The notes below the pieces were generated by a model. That model saw only the letters and a program-made list of their open reading frames with translations. It did no database searches and was not told where the DNA came from. A program made the translations under genes and the position numbers. A stretch of 64,000 bases of DNA from Botryllus schlosseri (Eukaryota). Where the stretch lies: the NCBI GenBank assembly GCA_051294905.1, contig CM119372.1, forward strand, positions 31,250,001-31,314,000, read 5' to 3'. Below are positions 61,474-64,000 of this stretch, piece by piece; the first letter of the stretch is position 1, and every line of letters starts with the position of its first letter.

Positions 61474-64000
61474 GCCTAAAACTTGGTGCGCTGGGTAGCT
61501 GTTCTTATTAGCTGGCGAACTACGCTGCCTAAGACAGACTTATTAGATGCAATATAGGTTGCCCGGTTCGCCCTCAATTAGGCTACCCTAAATCAACACA
61601 ATTTAATTCAATTCCAAAACTGATCAAATTTAGCATGGCAGGACAGAACGACTCCGTGTTCTCTGTAGTCATCGTAGGATTAGTCTCAGTACATAGTACT
61701 TTCATATAAATTGATGTGCTGTTCAATGTTTCATGTTATTTTCAAATAAGTTTGGGGGGAATTTGTCAGCAATGTAAAATAATCAACAACTGGAATGCGG
61801 ATTCAACCTTGGCGTAAGATATATCATATGTGTACTATCAGTTGATGTGCTCTTTTTGACATGACGATGAGTGCAGGGGGGTCAGGGGGCGCAATTCTTT
61901 TTTATCGTCGCCAAGGGGGCGCATGTCCGAAAAGGTTGAGAATCGCTGTCCTAGGCTATGTAACATCGAAACAAAATGCGCTCTGCCAAACATAATATTG
62001 GCAGACTTGGCGTTTAAGAGAATACTGGTTGCTAGGACATGATGAGACAGCGTGGAAAGTGCAAAATCTACACTGTGTAAATGCAAAGTAAGTGTAAAGT
62101 GTTAATCAGTGGTTCGTAACTGGTGTTCCTTGCAACACTATTAGTTCCCTGAGCCAGTCTGAGAGGCTCCCGTGAGGTCAATACACACGATCAACTCTCA
62201 CATATAATTTGTGATATGATACGCCCATCTTGGTCATCATTTGTTGCAGACACTTATAATTTGGCCGGATCAGTGGTCGAATTGTCACGGTTGTTGGACC
62301 GTGCCGTGTGCAGTGGCGCACGCATGGAGATCTGGGTTCTATTTCGGAAATCAGTCCTTCTGAAATGCCAATTTCATCTCCATCTTCATCTCCTCATTTG
62401 TAATCAAGCAATTAGTGTCACCCCGCTACGTTTCGGACGAACAATACGATGACACTTTTCAAGGCGAGTAACCCTCGATTTTCTGAACTGGAATCTCAAA
62501 GGGAACAGCAGAAAGCACATTGATTTGCTGTGGATATTCATTATAATGCTTTCGTTTTGTGTGAAAATTATATTTAAATGGTTTTGTTCTATTTACACGA
62601 TGTTGAAGCACAGTTCATTTTGTGCTACAGTAATCTCATAGCGATGTGTTATCTGTGTAGTTGATGTGTGTCGTGGTAGGATTTTGTTACTACTCAGTAA
62701 AAATGTTGCCCGGTAAAATTCAAGTGTTGCTTTTATCGAAGTAACAGCAGCTCATTTCGAAGATCAATAAAATTGTCATATCAGAGATTCGTCGTTTCTT
62801 CGTTGTTTATGGCCTAATTAAGCTACCAATTGGAATTTCTCGCGTAGACATGCGGTTTGAGAACCCACACTATAGTCGGTTCACGAGAGGGTATAGCGCC
62901 GCGGTTTCAGAATAACATTGTACAAATTTTTGGGTTCATGAAACATTGCGTGGTAAGGCAGTCTTACTCATTTCAAATCACATGCTTTCAGAAGCGCGAA
63001 AATGTCGACAGAAAATGCTTAATCAATATATGAGCCTGTATTGTGACAGAAGTTATCAAACATCATTTCGAATGTTTTCATAATGTTCCTGACGCTTTTC
63101 TTTGTTTGCCGTAGCTGTCTTCACCTAGGCATTTTTTGTCATTGTAGCCTGTTGTGGTGATGTATATATTAATTCTTTCGCTGTAAAGCACCCATAATAT
63201 AATCAACACAATGTAGCATTGATTCCTTCTCCCGGGCTGTTATTCACGAGTCTTGATTCTTGCGCTTGAGTGCAAACTTTAAATTCTATGGAAACGACGA
63301 GCGTTCGGGCGTTTCCGGGTTGCGTCTGTGAATGGTATTGTATCCAAGGGAGTTGGATTTATGAATGGTAGTCACATTGCAAAATTATGGGAAGCCTTTG
63401 GTCGGCATATATCAAGCGAGTGGCTTAATCCAGTGATTAAAACTTGAGGGTCGCACCCTAAAATGACGTCGTGCAAAAGTTTTGCAGGCGTCACGAAAAT
63501 TGTCACGATGATAGAATTTTTGAACAAACGAGATAAATATGTGGCATTTTTCATATTTCCATATAAATACAATCAATATTGTCACTGTATCACGTTAATG
63601 AGAAATAGTAAGAATGACTGATAAACAATGGAATTTGCGCGTGACGTCGCACCAACGCGTGTTGCAATAACTAGGGACCCATATGATCTCGAAACACCTG
63701 TTTCAAATATTCCCGTACTCGGACGTTTCCACCGCTCTACTAAAGCATCCCAAAATGTTCTCCGTAGGCGTGAAGCAATACCGGGAATACACCGTTCTAT
63801 CATAAATGCGAATACCATTAGATTCATTACTGTAAATTATGCGTAGCCAAAAAAACTATGGCGTGCGACACTTATTACCACGCTCTCTCCCTCCCTCCCT
63901 CTACCGTGCTCGAGTAGGCTATTTTCCACGCAAGTTAAATCTTGCCATAGAAACCAATGTTTAAGACAAATCTCACCATGACATCGAACCAACTTGTGTA

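Overview
Eukaryotic (invertebrate animal; tunicate-like by inference only) genomic DNA dominated by mobile elements. Bases 1-5021 are the right-hand end of an apparently intact Polinton/Maverick (adintovirus-type) endogenous virus. Its genes, in order, are an integrase chromodomain tail, three tandem minor capsid (penton) paralogs (the first fused in frame to a small membrane protein), a pVI/pVII-like core protein, a double-jelly-roll major capsid protein and an adenain protease. These are followed by a repeat-rich terminal region ending in ACTACT. The virus is inserted into the protease region of a decayed Gypsy LTR retrotransposon (5022-~8011). The rest of the window is host DNA full of nested hAT, Chapaev3-like and TA-targeting MITEs and tRNA-derived SINEs. 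It contains a spliced minus-strand NLR-like (NACHT + LRR-like) gene (~39.6-57.2 kb) with a RHIM-like N-terminal motif, a pseudogenised collinear duplicate of that gene's 5' region (~9.3-24 kb), an isolated IAH1-like SGNH esterase exon, and a ~760 bp palindrome. All calls come from motif recognition and manual alignment; no database searches were run.
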